From a virus (taxonomy: Duplodnaviria; Caudoviricetes), in IMG/VR virus record IMGVR_UViG_3300021400_003144: a DNA stretch of 64,000 nt. The stretch is one strand, 5' to 3'. This document shows positions 48,231 through 59,023 of the stretch, piece after piece. The translations under genes and the position numbers were made by a program. Below the pieces are notes generated by a model, which worked only from the letters and a program-made list of their open reading frames with translations, did not search any database and was not told where the DNA came from. The stretch's first letter is position 1. Every line of letters starts with the position of its first letter.

Positions 48231-49862
48231 ATGGAGACTAAGATGATAAAGAGATTTTTGAGTGTATGTACAGCTATGATTTTTGGATTAACATTATCAG
48301 CCTATGCAAATACTGTAAATAATACAGTTAAGGTTGTAGATGGTCAGGATAGTATAAAATTTAAGATTACTTGGAGTAATGAGGCTGTTAGACCAGAGTT
48401 ATTTAACTCAGAAGGTGTTAATGTAACATCAGATGATGCTTTAAAGGTCACAGAATTTGGAAATGATTATACAGTGTATGAGTATAAGTCTCCATTTATG
48501 TCTAGTGGTGATTGGACAATATCTTATGACAATGGAAACAATAAATGGGTATCATTAGTTGATATTACTAATAATACAGTTATTAATGATGATAAAACAG
48601 AGGAAACTTCAAGTGTAGCTGAGACTGAGGAAGAAGAACTGCTAAGAGCAATAGATTCTGATGATTTAACATATAGAGCAGATATGAGTAAAGTCAGATT
48701 TAATTGGTGCTTCAATGGTAGAGATTATGGCAGTTCTATTGACCATTTCAATATAAAGGTCTATGAAGATGAAAATAAGTCTCCTAGATTTGAAACTGAT
48801 ACAAATGAAACTGAGTTTATTATTGATTATAATAAATATATAAGCAAGTATAGAGTAGAACTTAGCTATGTTGATGTAAATGGTAAGCATTCAGAAGTAT
48901 TAAAGAAGCAGATAATTCCTAAGATATCTGATATATACATTCATATTAACAGTGATTCTTTAGTTAGAGAAAAGGATGTTAAGATTACATATGGTAATAT
49001 TCCTGATGATAGCAAGGTTTATGTAATAATCAATGGTGTTGAACATATAAAAAATACATATGGCAATGGTGAGATTAATATAGAGCTTGAAAGAGGAAAT
49101 AATCATATACAAGTAGAAGTTAGAGCTCTTGATGAAAAGGGTGAAGCTTATAAATTATATGAAACTTCTAAAGATATAACATATACAGAGATGAGTGACA
49201 GTGTTATAAAATTAGATGAAGATTATGATAATTTACAGACAACTAAAGATGAGTTGGAAATATCAGGTGAGTGTAAAGGTGCTGTAGAAGTTACTATTAA
49301 TGGTAAGAGAGTAAGAATAAATGATGGAAGGTTTAAGTATAATTTACCTCTTGAGTATATAGGTGAGCAGACAATAATAATTAAAGCGGCTGATAAAGAT
49401 GGTAGAATATCTGAAAAGAGATTTAAAGTATTTAGGTCAAATGAACAACAGATTAATAAAGAGTCTGTAGTAGATATAGAGGAAAGCATGAGAGATGTTG
49501 ATGAGCAAGTAAGAGAACAACAGATTGCTGATAATGAGAAGTTACAGAAGTTTAAAATAACAGCTTGTGTGATAGGTTTGCTAGTATTTGGAATATCTTG
49601 TGTTGTAGGTTATATAGCAACTAATTTAAAAGATAGTGACATAAAGAATGAAAAAGAGAGCAATGGAAGTGAGGAAGAGCATAAAAATACAGAAGTTACT
49701 GTTAAGAATAGAAGTAAGAACAAGCAGGTTAAGAAAGTAAAAAAGAAAGAACAGAAAGAGGCTAAAGGAATTAGAAAGATTCTTAAAGCAAGAAAGCCAA
49801 TAGGCTATAAAGGAAATAAAGAACTTGGAGATATAGATAGTGTAGGTGAGAGTGATGATTAA
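48231..49862 (+). CDS. Membrane-anchored surface protein with Ig-like domains
   Basis: Signal peptide, beta-rich repeats (GNNHIQVEV, EVTINGK), C-terminal TM and basic tail. Confidence 0.65.
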   Translation: METKMIKRFLSVCTAMIFGLTLSAYANTVNNTVKVVDGQDSIKFKITWSNEAVRPELFNSEGVNVTSDDALKVTEFGNDYTVYEYKSPFMSSGDWTISYDNGNNKWVSLVDITNNTVINDDKTEETSSVAETEEEELLRAIDSDDLTYRADMSKVRFNWCFNGRDYGSSIDHFNIKVYEDENKSPRFETDTNETEFIIDYNKYISKYRVELSYVDVNGKHSEVLKKQIIPKISDIYIHINSDSLVREKDVKITYGNIPDDSKVYVIINGVEHIKNTYGNGEINIELERGNNHIQVEVRALDEKGEAYKLYETSKDITYTEMSDSVIKLDEDYDNLQTTKDELEISGECKGAVEVTINGKRVRINDGRFKYNLPLEYIGEQTIIIKAADKDGRISEKRFKVFRSNEQQINKESVVDIEESMRDVDEQVREQQIADNEKLQKFKITACVIGLLVFGISCVVGYIATNLKDSDIKNEKESNGSEEEHKNTEVTVKNRSKNKQVKKVKKKEQKEAKGIRKILKARKPIGYKGNKELGDIDSVGESDD

Positions 49863-50448
49863 GATGCATAAGAAAATAAGCAAGAGCATATATAAGAGTA
49901 TTCTGATGGCAGGGGTATTAATGATGATAAGCTCCTGTGGGTCAAAGAATACTGAAGAATCAGGGTTGAGCTTAAAGGATTTTAAGAGTGAGCTTACATT
50001 TGAAGGTTATTATGTAGAAGAACATAAGGGAACTGAAGATTATGTCTTAGAAATCACTGGAAGTAAGACTGAGGGTCTTAATGGTTCAGCTATAGACTAT
50101 ATAAGATATAATAATGAATCAGATGCTAGAGAAGCTTACAATGAACAAGTTGAAGAGATGCAAAAACATTTTAGAGTTGGAGCTACAGTAGAGACTAGAG
50201 GAGCTGATGAAACATTAGCGGCTGATGACCCTGATAGAAATAAGTTGAGATTAGTAGCTAAAGATGGCTATGAGTTATCAGAGATTGAGTTTGAAGATGC
50301 TTTTGGAACAATAGTTAGAACACCTATAGTTACATATTATGTTTATAGAAAAGGAACTGATGTTGTAGTTGTAACATACAATACAGATAATTCAGAGTCA
50401 GTTGAAAAGTTCTTAAGTAGTATTGATTTATATACTGAGAGTAAATAA
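49846..50448 (+). CDS. Lipoprotein
   Basis: Lipobox ISSC. Confidence 0.65.
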   Translation: MRVMIKMHKKISKSIYKSILMAGVLMMISSCGSKNTEESGLSLKDFKSELTFEGYYVEEHKGTEDYVLEITGSKTEGLNGSAIDYIRYNNESDAREAYNEQVEEMQKHFRVGATVETRGADETLAADDPDRNKLRLVAKDGYELSEIEFEDAFGTIVRTPIVTYYVYRKGTDVVVVTYNTDNSESVEKFLSSIDLYTESK

Positions 50449-50479
50449 AGGGAACTTAAGAGTTGGAGGGAATAAATAA

Positions 50480-52333
50480 ATGAATAAAGTGAAGGGAAGT
50501 ATGGGAAATAATAACAATAGTGGTAAGAATGATGCTAATAGTATAAATGCTTATGCAATGTATTTACTTAGCAGATACACTGAAAACATTTTAGCAGAAG
50601 ATAAAGATAATGAGATTGTCTTTAGGGATTTAGATAACTGTTTATGCAGAGATGTAGAACTTGAGAAATTATCAAGAGCATTACTTCTTAGAGATAAGAA
50701 CTATGTAGTACTTTCAGGACCTACTGGTGTAGGAAAAAGAAACTTATTTTACAAGTATGTTAGCAATTCATTTGTTGATTTGAATGTAAATTGTACAATG
50801 GCTTTCAGAGTAAAGCTTGTAGAGATGCTTGTAGATTTTGGTGATGTAACTACTATGATGAACTCCTTTGAGAATGCTGTAAGTTTTATAACTCAGATAG
50901 CAGACCAGCTAAGCAACGATGCAAGGGTTTTAATTTACATAGAGGATTTGGATAAGATACCTTCAAGATTATATGCTAACATATCAGTTAAGTTAAGACA
51001 GTTGTCTACAGACTCAAATATAAAATTTATACTTGCATATAATACTGATAATGCTGAAATATCAGAAGTTAAGGACATGGGTTATATTCTTGAGGATGCT
51101 GAGTTAATTAGTATGAACTTTCTTAGTAAAGAAGATACAAGAAAAGTTGTATTGACTAAGATTGATGATATAGGCAAGTTTCATAAGTGCAGATTCAGTA
51201 AGAAGATTGTAGATTACATATTAGATGTAATGTTTAAGGAGTTTGGAGAAAGCTCAGTTCAATGTATTCTTGACATATTAGATGCTTGTGGAGCATATAA
51301 AGAAGAGCATAAGAATGAAGTAAAACCTGGCGGATTAATAACTGAGGACATTGTTACTAAAGTAATCTATGATTATATTGGCAAGGACGTAACTAAAACA
51401 GAAAAGACTGGTGAGTTATCAGTTAAGAATCTTAATAAAAATCTTAAGAGTAACATATTTGGTCAGGATAGAGCTTGTGATATTGTTGATAAGTGCATTA
51501 AGGTTGCTAGTGTAGGATTAAATGATGATAATAAGACAGTATGTAATTTATTGTTTGTAGGTCCTACAGGAGTTGGTAAAACTGAGCTGGCTAAGGTTGT
51601 TGCAAAGTCATTAGATGTACCAATGTTAAGGTATAATATGACAGAGTTTCAAGATCAGATAAGCATTAATAAACTTATAGGAAGCGCTCCTGGTTATGTA
51701 GGATATGAAGAGGGAGGCAGACTTGTATCTGATGTGATTCATAATCCTAAATGTGTATTACTTCTTGATGAAATTGAGAAAGCACATCCAAGTGTATATA
51801 ACATGTTGTTACAGATTATGGATGATGCTAAGTTGACAGATTCATTGGGTAGAACTGCTAAGTTTAATGATGTAGTGCTTATTATGACAAGTAATGCTGG
51901 AGCGGCTGATATAGGTACCAGAAAGATTGGTTTTGAAGTTGATGAAAACAAGAAAGTAATCAAAGATGAGGCTATGGATGCAGCTATAGAAAGAACATTT
52001 CTTCCTGAGTTCATAAATAGACTTACTGAAGTAGTAAAGTTTAATTTCTTAGATGCTGAGGTAGGAAAGAAGATAATCAATAAGAAGTTAAATGAACTTC
52101 AGGAAAAACTTGATAAGCGTGAAATAAAGATTAAGTTAAGTAAGAGTGCAGAAGAGTACATTCTTGAAAGAGGTATAAACAATAAGTTTGGAGCTAGAGA
52201 AATAAGTAGAATCTTTACTAAAGAGATTAACAGTATACTAGCTAATATGATTATTGATAATGATATTAGTAGCAATACAAACTTAGAAGTTTATTGTAAG
52301 GATAATTCGTTATCAGTTAGAAAGAAAAAATAA
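50480..52333 (+). CDS. ClpA/ClpC-like AAA+ ATPase (Hsp100) lacking Clp N-domain
   Basis: Two GPTGVGK Walker A; LIGSAPGYVGYEEGG; LLDEIEKAH; IGF loop; FGAREI. Confidence 0.9.
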   Translation: MNKVKGSMGNNNNSGKNDANSINAYAMYLLSRYTENILAEDKDNEIVFRDLDNCLCRDVELEKLSRALLLRDKNYVVLSGPTGVGKRNLFYKYVSNSFVDLNVNCTMAFRVKLVEMLVDFGDVTTMMNSFENAVSFITQIADQLSNDARVLIYIEDLDKIPSRLYANISVKLRQLSTDSNIKFILAYNTDNAEISEVKDMGYILEDAELISMNFLSKEDTRKVVLTKIDDIGKFHKCRFSKKIVDYILDVMFKEFGESSVQCILDILDACGAYKEEHKNEVKPGGLITEDIVTKVIYDYIGKDVTKTEKTGELSVKNLNKNLKSNIFGQDRACDIVDKCIKVASVGLNDDNKTVCNLLFVGPTGVGKTELAKVVAKSLDVPMLRYNMTEFQDQISINKLIGSAPGYVGYEEGGRLVSDVIHNPKCVLLLDEIEKAHPSVYNMLLQIMDDAKLTDSLGRTAKFNDVVLIMTSNAGAADIGTRKIGFEVDENKKVIKDEAMDAAIERTFLPEFINRLTEVVKFNFLDAEVGKKIINKKLNELQEKLDKREIKIKLSKSAEEYILERGINNKFGAREISRIFTKEINSILANMIIDNDISSNTNLEVYCKDNSLSVRKKK

Positions 52334-52458
52334 TGAGTATGTATATCTGTGGTGGGGTAATTTTTATTTGAAATAAAGCTATGAAGTGTAATAAGGTAGT
52401 TAATTAAAATAAGAGTTAATTTAGAGTAATTTTATAGGTTTAAAGGAGAAATAGTATT

Positions 52459-53307
52459 ATGTTTTATGTAGTAGCTAGTATCATTGGAAATGATGGTAAG
52501 ACTGTTGGTTACAGACTCTTTGATACTGACAAGATGAATAAGGGCGTTACAGTTAAGGATGTATCAGAGAATGAACTTGCAAAGGCAATTTCATCTTCAC
52601 CAAAGGCTTTCGGAAATGTAGAGTTTGCAGGTGGTAAACTTAAGGGAACCAATGGTGCTCTTGATAGATATGCTAAGGTATCTATTTCAAATGAGGTTGT
52701 TGGCAAAGCTATTGTAGCTATCCTTTGCAGAGTAAAGCCTAAGAATGATTTTATTCTGGCTGATTGTATGGGTAACTTTACAAGAGTTTCTAATGATGAA
52801 ACACTTGCTCTTGCTAAGTCAGTAGGAATTGCAAATGCTAAGATTGTTGATAAGGGTGGACATAAGATTGTATCTTCTATCAGTGGTGAGTATCCAACTA
52901 TTGAAGAGAATGATACAAACAAAGTAAAGATTAAGTTTATTGCTGTCAATGATAATGATGATATTGACGTAACAATAAACAAGATTGCTGAGAATGTTAA
53001 GAATCCTGACATTAGAATAATCGGAAAGCTTAACAAGGCTAACTCAGATTCAGCTATTAAGGGATTAATCAATAAGTTTAAGATTATTGATGCAATTTCT
53101 AACAAGGATAATGAGAGAGCAGCAAGTATCATTAGAGAAGTAGCTACAAGATATATGCCTGTACTTAGTAAGGTTTGTGACAAGAAGGTTGTAGTTGAGA
53201 ATACAGTTGGTCTTAAGGCACTTTACACAAGTGTAACAAACGATGACTCTTCTCTGATTGATAGAGCAATTAAGGGAATGGAGAATGACAAAGTAAATAT
53301 TAAGTAA
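52459..53307 (+). CDS. Hypothetical protein sharing N-terminal module with 30446
   Basis: VGYRLFD, NAKIVDKGGHKIVSSISG. Confidence 0.7.
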   Translation: MFYVVASIIGNDGKTVGYRLFDTDKMNKGVTVKDVSENELAKAISSSPKAFGNVEFAGGKLKGTNGALDRYAKVSISNEVVGKAIVAILCRVKPKNDFILADCMGNFTRVSNDETLALAKSVGIANAKIVDKGGHKIVSSISGEYPTIEENDTNKVKIKFIAVNDNDDIDVTINKIAENVKNPDIRIIGKLNKANSDSAIKGLINKFKIIDAISNKDNERAASIIREVATRYMPVLSKVCDKKVVVENTVGLKALYTSVTNDDSSLIDRAIKGMENDKVNIK

Positions 53308-53466
53308 CATAGTTAGTATACAATACTTGTGAATAGCTATTACTTATATTAATATCCCATCAAAAAGGTGCAGGTACTACTGAAAAGTGGTATCTGCATT
53401 TTTTATGCTTTATAGTGATAATAGGAAGTATTAATTTTATTTATAATGTTATTTGAGGAGATACTT

Positions 53467-54750
53467 ATGAAAAGAAAAGTGGCACTTTTAGTATTAGGAA
53501 TGAGTTTAATGACTAGCATAGTATCAAATGCTGGTACATGGAATAATGAAGATGGTAAGTGGTATTACTTAAATGAGGCTAATGAAAAGGTATCTGGTTT
53601 CATTACAGATAATAATATGACATATTATTTAGACCCTTTCAGTTATGAACTTAAAACCGGTATTCAGGATATTGGAGGAAAGACCTATTATTTTTCTGAT
53701 GATGGACACATGAATAAAGGCTGGGTTAAGAGTGACCATGATTGGTACTATTATGGTGATGATGGTGCACTTATTAAAGGTTCTTGGGTGCATGATGGTG
53801 ATAGTTGGTACTACACTGATAATAGTGGTAAAATCATTGATGGTTTACAGGAGATAGGTGGAAAGAAGTATTATTTCTCACAGAGAAATGATAGTACATA
53901 TGGTAAGATGATTAAGGGCTGGGTTAAATCTCAGGATAAATCAAATAACACAGTATATTACTATTTCGGAGATGATGGAGCAGCTGTTACAACAAGTATA
54001 ACTGAGAATGACACAGTTTATAACTTTAATGCTTCAGGTAATCTTGTTAAAGATAAGAATGGTAACTTACCAAGTGTAAGTGGTAACGTTACAAATGTTA
54101 TATTATACACTATTGATTATAAGTCAGATAAAGCTGATGAAGCTAAGGCTAAGAGTGAGACCAGAGCTGAGATAAATAAGTACATTGATAAGATGCCTAA
54201 TATTTTATTAAATGACTTCTTTAATGGTGGTAAGATAGAGTATTATATAGATAAGGACTATATAGAGAAAAAGACAATCAGTCTTGGAAATAGTGACTAT
54301 ACTTATGATAATTTCTATGACGATGATGAAGATACTTATGAGACAGATAAGGAAGATGATAAGTACATATATGAGTTATATAGATACTCTACTAATAGAA
54401 TAGAAGCATGTCAGGAGCCTATAAATGTACTTAGAGGATTTGGAAGATACATAGATGAAAAATCACAGAGTATTATAGGAACTTATAAGGCAGCTGGACT
54501 TCCTTCTGGAACAAATGAGTTTGAGAAGATATTTGATGAAGAAAAGGATAATCTTTCAGGTTTTGAGAAAATCAGTTATGAGGATGATACTTTAACTGCA
54601 CATGCATATTTTGATATTTGTTATGCATTGTATAGAAGTGATAATAAAGAGTTTAAAGAGAGTTGTCCAAACAGTTATAACTATGTAAAGAACATAGAGG
54701 GATTACTTATGGACAGCATAGTTGAGTCAAATACTGAGAATAAAAATTAA
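53467..54750 (+). CDS. Cell-wall-binding repeat protein with degenerate ATLF/PPEP-like C-terminal domain
   Basis: Signal peptide, multiple GW..WYY repeats; VLRGFGRYID, FEKIFDEEK, CPNSYNYV. Confidence 0.75.
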   Translation: MKRKVALLVLGMSLMTSIVSNAGTWNNEDGKWYYLNEANEKVSGFITDNNMTYYLDPFSYELKTGIQDIGGKTYYFSDDGHMNKGWVKSDHDWYYYGDDGALIKGSWVHDGDSWYYTDNSGKIIDGLQEIGGKKYYFSQRNDSTYGKMIKGWVKSQDKSNNTVYYYFGDDGAAVTTSITENDTVYNFNASGNLVKDKNGNLPSVSGNVTNVILYTIDYKSDKADEAKAKSETRAEINKYIDKMPNILLNDFFNGGKIEYYIDKDYIEKKTISLGNSDYTYDNFYDDDEDTYETDKEDDKYIYELYRYSTNRIEACQEPINVLRGFGRYIDEKSQSIIGTYKAAGLPSGTNEFEKIFDEEKDNLSGFEKISYEDDTLTAHAYFDICYALYRSDNKEFKESCPNSYNYVKNIEGLLMDSIVESNTENKN

Positions 54751-55277
54751 GTTCTAAGCGAGTTGTGAGCATTGGTCTAAGGTTTGGGATATTGGGAATG
54801 TTGAGATATACATTCCCAATATTTTTAGCTGTTAATAGAAAATATTTTTCAAGATAAAATAAAAATTAAAGTTTTATTTTAATTAAAATATTGGAAATAA
54901 ATTTCTATAAAAATTTCTCGATTAAAAAAATAGTGGGATGTGCTTAAAAAATATGGGTATGCTGTAGGGAAAAATTTGGATGAGCAGAGGGCGAAAAATT
55001 TGGGAGCAGAAGGGGTATTTTTAACTAAATAAAAAATCAATTTTATTTATGATTAAGTTAAGGTAAGGAAAATAAAATAAAGAGGCTTGTTGAAAAACTG
55101 GGGCTTAAATATAGACAGTAAATTAAAAATTGGGGTTTTTGGATTATATGCTTTATGAGTAAATTTAGTGTGTCTAGATATAAACATAAATGACTAGTAA
55201 TGAGCTATAATGAGTTTAATTGTTGTTAATAAATTATTAGTATGTTTGTAGCTAGACTACAGAAGGGGATTAGTTGC

Positions 55278-56246
55278 ATGAATAACGGTATACTTGAGCA
55301 TCTTGAAGTAGAGCAGGGTCTTGATATTAAAATTGGTGGAATGGGTAGAATTGCTGGTGACATTGCTAGTGAAATGGAGTACCTTAGAAAATTAAGTAAT
55401 GAGCTAAGTGACAGAAAGAAGAACATTTATTATTCTTTTGGTGACAATAATATTGTATTATGCACCAATGATTTTGGTGATGTAGGAGCATTAACAATAT
55501 ATCTGGCTAGGCAGGCTGGCTGTAAAGTTATCTGTTGTGCTGAGGGTTCTTGCATAAGTGAATTGCATAATAGTACAGATAATTTCTATAGCGGATATGA
55601 TTATAGTGTTGACATTGGGGATATTATAAGTGAAGCTGAGCTGTTCATAACAGTTGCGTCTATATTATCTAAAGGGCACATGTTTTATTTAGATGAAGAT
55701 AGTTATAATAGCAATATGGGATTCATCAATAAATTTAAGATGTGTGCATCAAGACCATTTGGTAGCGATGCAATAGGTATATTGGACAGTGAGGATTATG
55801 ATGATGACATAGGTTTAGAATTTAAGTGTCAGCATATACATTTAGGTATAGCAGATGAAAACATAGTATATGCTGCTGGTCCTTTGTTCAGAACATATGT
55901 AATTGCATATACATTGTATCAGTGGTTACTTGATAACTATTTGAGTACAATACATAAGGGTGTTGTATATAGCAGAGTAGGTGAAGCAGCTATGCTTGAG
56001 CAGCTAGCTGAAGATGCTTCAAAGTTGTCAGAAGCAGCTATTAAGAAGGCAAGAAAGATTAGGCATGAGAATCCTATATTCCAGACAACTGATGAATTAG
56101 GAAAGGGGCTTATAGAGAAGTACTCAGAAGTTTATAGTTGTGCAGCTGAACTAGGATTGAGACCAGATAGAGATGTTATTAGAACATTAGATACCAGATT
56201 TTTGGAGAGATGGTATTGTGACAGAATAAATAGGAGTGATGATTAA
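55278..56246 (+). CDS. Hypothetical protein with C-terminal MazG-like helical segment
   Basis: MLEQLAEDASKLSEAAIKKARKIRHENP; acidic catalytic residues look degenerate. Confidence 0.5.
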   Translation: MNNGILEHLEVEQGLDIKIGGMGRIAGDIASEMEYLRKLSNELSDRKKNIYYSFGDNNIVLCTNDFGDVGALTIYLARQAGCKVICCAEGSCISELHNSTDNFYSGYDYSVDIGDIISEAELFITVASILSKGHMFYLDEDSYNSNMGFINKFKMCASRPFGSDAIGILDSEDYDDDIGLEFKCQHIHLGIADENIVYAAGPLFRTYVIAYTLYQWLLDNYLSTIHKGVVYSRVGEAAMLEQLAEDASKLSEAAIKKARKIRHENPIFQTTDELGKGLIEKYSEVYSCAAELGLRPDRDVIRTLDTRFLERWYCDRINRSDD

Positions 56247-56797
56247 TGAAAATAACTTTTGATCTTGATGGTGTTATAATAGAGCACCTAGAGTATAAGT
56301 TAAATCAGATGAAAATACCTATTGAGTTTATAAATAAATATAGTATAGGTAAGCTTGATTTGTTAAAAGGTTCAGAGAAGAAAGCTATATTACAGAGTTT
56401 TTCAGATGTGGAAAACTTTATGTATGCTGAGAAACACTCCGATGTTCTTAATAGACTGGCAAAGAGGTATGAGATAGCTATTAATAGTTTAAGCTGTACT
56501 AGAGAGATAGCTAGATACAAGGAATTTTGGCTAAAGAGTGAAATAAAAGGCATAAAAAATAAAGATATTGTACTTAGTATAATAGGAGATGGTTCTGGGA
56601 ATGGAAATAAAAAGATAGGAAAGACAGATATTTATGTTGAAGATAGTTTAGAGAATTTAATTAGCAACATAGATAATTTTCATGTTGGCATATTAATTGA
56701 TAAGCCCTACAATAGGGTTAATGTAAAAGCAGATAAAATTATAAGAGCTAAAGATATTTATGATGCTGAGAGAATAATAGAGAGGCGAATCAAATGA
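56246..56797 (+). CDS. HAD-family 5'(3')-nucleotidase-like protein
   Basis: FDLDGV, YVEDSLEN, LIDKPYN. Confidence 0.75.
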   Translation: MKITFDLDGVIIEHLEYKLNQMKIPIEFINKYSIGKLDLLKGSEKKAILQSFSDVENFMYAEKHSDVLNRLAKRYEIAINSLSCTREIARYKEFWLKSEIKGIKNKDIVLSIIGDGSGNGNKKIGKTDIYVEDSLENLISNIDNFHVGILIDKPYNRVNVKADKIIRAKDIYDAERIIERRIK

Positions 56798-57105
56798 TTA
56801 AACTGGACTTGAGTAAATGTAATGTAAAGGATTTGATATGCAGTAAAGAATATGAACATTCAAATGAGGAATTTGGCAATTCATACAAGCAAGTTATAAA
56901 GCATAGGTTTAAAGAGAACTATGTAGTATTTTGTGATACATCTATGCACACTGTGTTAGCAGCTAAGACAAAGAGGAATGGCTTAAAGTTTATAAAGTTT
57001 ATAGTGTTAGATGGTGATGTGTCTGACATTAAAGAGTCTGAGTATGATATTGCTATAGACAAGTATGATGATTTATATACAATGGAAAGTATAGAATTAA
57101 ATTAA
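56794..57105 (+). CDS. Hypothetical protein
   Basis: 103 aa, overlapping start/stop. Confidence 0.6.
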   Translation: MIKLDLSKCNVKDLICSKEYEHSNEEFGNSYKQVIKHRFKENYVVFCDTSMHTVLAAKTKRNGLKFIKFIVLDGDVSDIKESEYDIAIDKYDDLYTMESIELN

Positions 57106-57126
57106 ATATTTTGGAGGTAGCTTGTT

Positions 57127-57456
57127 TTGGCTAGAAATGCAGCAGCTAGTATTTATTTTAAACTCTGGGATAAATACCATGCTAAAGATTGTAATACTGA
57201 TGAAACAGAGGAAGAGATGCTTAATGATGGTATTGAAGTAGCAAGATTTGTAAAAACTGATGAGCTAGGTAATACAAAGAATACATTATATGATATAATA
57301 TATACTGGAAATGATGTAGTGTTATCAGAGCAAGTTAGATGCGGAGCAAGGACAGATATTAAAGCTATAGCTAGAGTCAGTAGATTAGGTTACATAGAAT
57401 TTTGTGATAAAGTTAATGTTCTTTATAGAAAGAGAGCAGCAATAAGAAAAAGATAG
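57127..57456 (+). CDS. Hypothetical protein
   Basis: TTG start after GGAGG. Confidence 0.6.
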   Translation: MARNAAASIYFKLWDKYHAKDCNTDETEEEMLNDGIEVARFVKTDELGNTKNTLYDIIYTGNDVVLSEQVRCGARTDIKAIARVSRLGYIEFCDKVNVLYRKRAAIRKR

Positions 57457-57558
57457 AAGTAAAAGAATAGGCAAATCAGCCTATTCTTTTTATTTTGAAT
57501 AAAGCATTAAAATAGTTAGTGATATATTATAGATTTTTTATGTGTGAGGTTATGAAAA

Positions 57559-58590
57559 ATGATAAGAGACTATATGACAATTATAAGGCAGTTATTTCTA
57601 ACTTGTCAGAAATTTGGATACAACTTTTATACAAATAATCATGGTGTATTTAAAGTTGAAGCTCCTAACTTAGTGATGCTAATTAGTAAAGATGCTGTTG
57701 AGATAGAGAGTAACAAATTTAATATGACATTGCACCCTTATGATATAGGGATACTTACTAATGAAAGAACAACTGATATACATGTAAATGAGTTTGAGCG
57801 TGAAAGGAAATTCAGTGCATTGAAGTTTAAACTGAATTTCTATATGGGAAGAACAGTTGGTGTAAATGTAGGAGTTGTATGTTCATTAGAAATAGATAAA
57901 AATACAGGTGAGGTTACAAGAGTATTTAATCCTTGTAAAACAAATGTATATAATAAGTACTGTGACATTGATGGAAGAGCTTATGAAGATGTATTAAAGC
58001 TTGGTAAAATGGCTTCCAATATAAGTATTACAGAATACAGAAATAAATTTAAGGTAAATTTAGGATATATAGATAAGAGCATAGATGATGTTGTGAGAGT
58101 AATTAAAAAGTTAATTCAATACATTCCTGATAATGCAGTACCTAATGTATGTATAAATGAGCTTAGGAACTTGAAATTCATTAAGAGATATGAGAGTGAC
58201 AATAGTGAATTATATATGTGCGGTGAGTATTATGTATTAAATCATGGAAATGGTAAAAGATACTTCTTTAAGGTTAATGAAGATTGTTACAAGACTCTTA
58301 AGATAAATAACATTATGTTAAATGAATATGCAAATGATAGAAATGGGATGCATAATGTAAGAGTAATTGGTGACAAGAAGAATAAATTAACTCAGTTTAT
58401 TGTATTGTTTGAATACAATGGGTATGAAATTATTTTTAATTTTTTAAATAATTTATTCTATATAAAGGTTAATAACTTTCTGATAGATTGTACAGATACA
58501 TTTATAAAAGCCTTTAATAGATTAGATAGGATTGTTCAGCATCAGGATGCAAATGATAAGTGCATAGAAATTAAAAATATGGTTTATTAA
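57559..58590 (+). CDS. Hypothetical protein
   Basis: 343 aa. Confidence 0.6.
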   Translation: MIRDYMTIIRQLFLTCQKFGYNFYTNNHGVFKVEAPNLVMLISKDAVEIESNKFNMTLHPYDIGILTNERTTDIHVNEFERERKFSALKFKLNFYMGRTVGVNVGVVCSLEIDKNTGEVTRVFNPCKTNVYNKYCDIDGRAYEDVLKLGKMASNISITEYRNKFKVNLGYIDKSIDDVVRVIKKLIQYIPDNAVPNVCINELRNLKFIKRYESDNSELYMCGEYYVLNHGNGKRYFFKVNEDCYKTLKINNIMLNEYANDRNGMHNVRVIGDKKNKLTQFIVLFEYNGYEIIFNFLNNLFYIKVNNFLIDCTDTFIKAFNRLDRIVQHQDANDKCIEIKNMVY

Positions 58591-58605
58591 ATAAGGGGTG
58601 ATACA

Positions 58606-59010
58606 ATGGATAGAAAAGATTTAATTTGGCATGATAGAAAAAGACATTTTGGATTACCTATAAGCTTTACAGCTTATAGTATGAGTAATGATAGAATTTT
58701 CATTAAGACAGGTTGTTTTAATATTGAGCAGAATGAGGTTAGATTGTACAGAGTTCTTGACCTTAAGCTCAAGAGGAACTTAATTCAGAGGCTATTTGGA
58801 GTAGGAACGGTTATAGTTAGTTCTTCTGATAAAAATATGGGAACATTTTCACTTGTGAATATAGCTAAGTCTGATAAGATTATGGAGCTTATATCAGATA
58901 AGGTTGAAGAGCAAAGAGATTCTAAGCATATAGTTGGAAGAGAATACATGAGTAATGATTCTGAATATGATATTGATGATAATGATACAGATGATAATTT
59001 AGAAGAGTAA
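58606..59010 (+). CDS. Bacterial PH-domain (bPH_2-like) protein
   Basis: GLPISFTAYS, EVRLYRVLD, QRLFGVGTV. Confidence 0.8.
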   Translation: MDRKDLIWHDRKRHFGLPISFTAYSMSNDRIFIKTGCFNIEQNEVRLYRVLDLKLKRNLIQRLFGVGTVIVSSSDKNMGTFSLVNIAKSDKIMELISDKVEEQRDSKHIVGREYMSNDSEYDIDDNDTDDNLEE

Positions 59011-59023
59011 ATAATGGGGAGGA

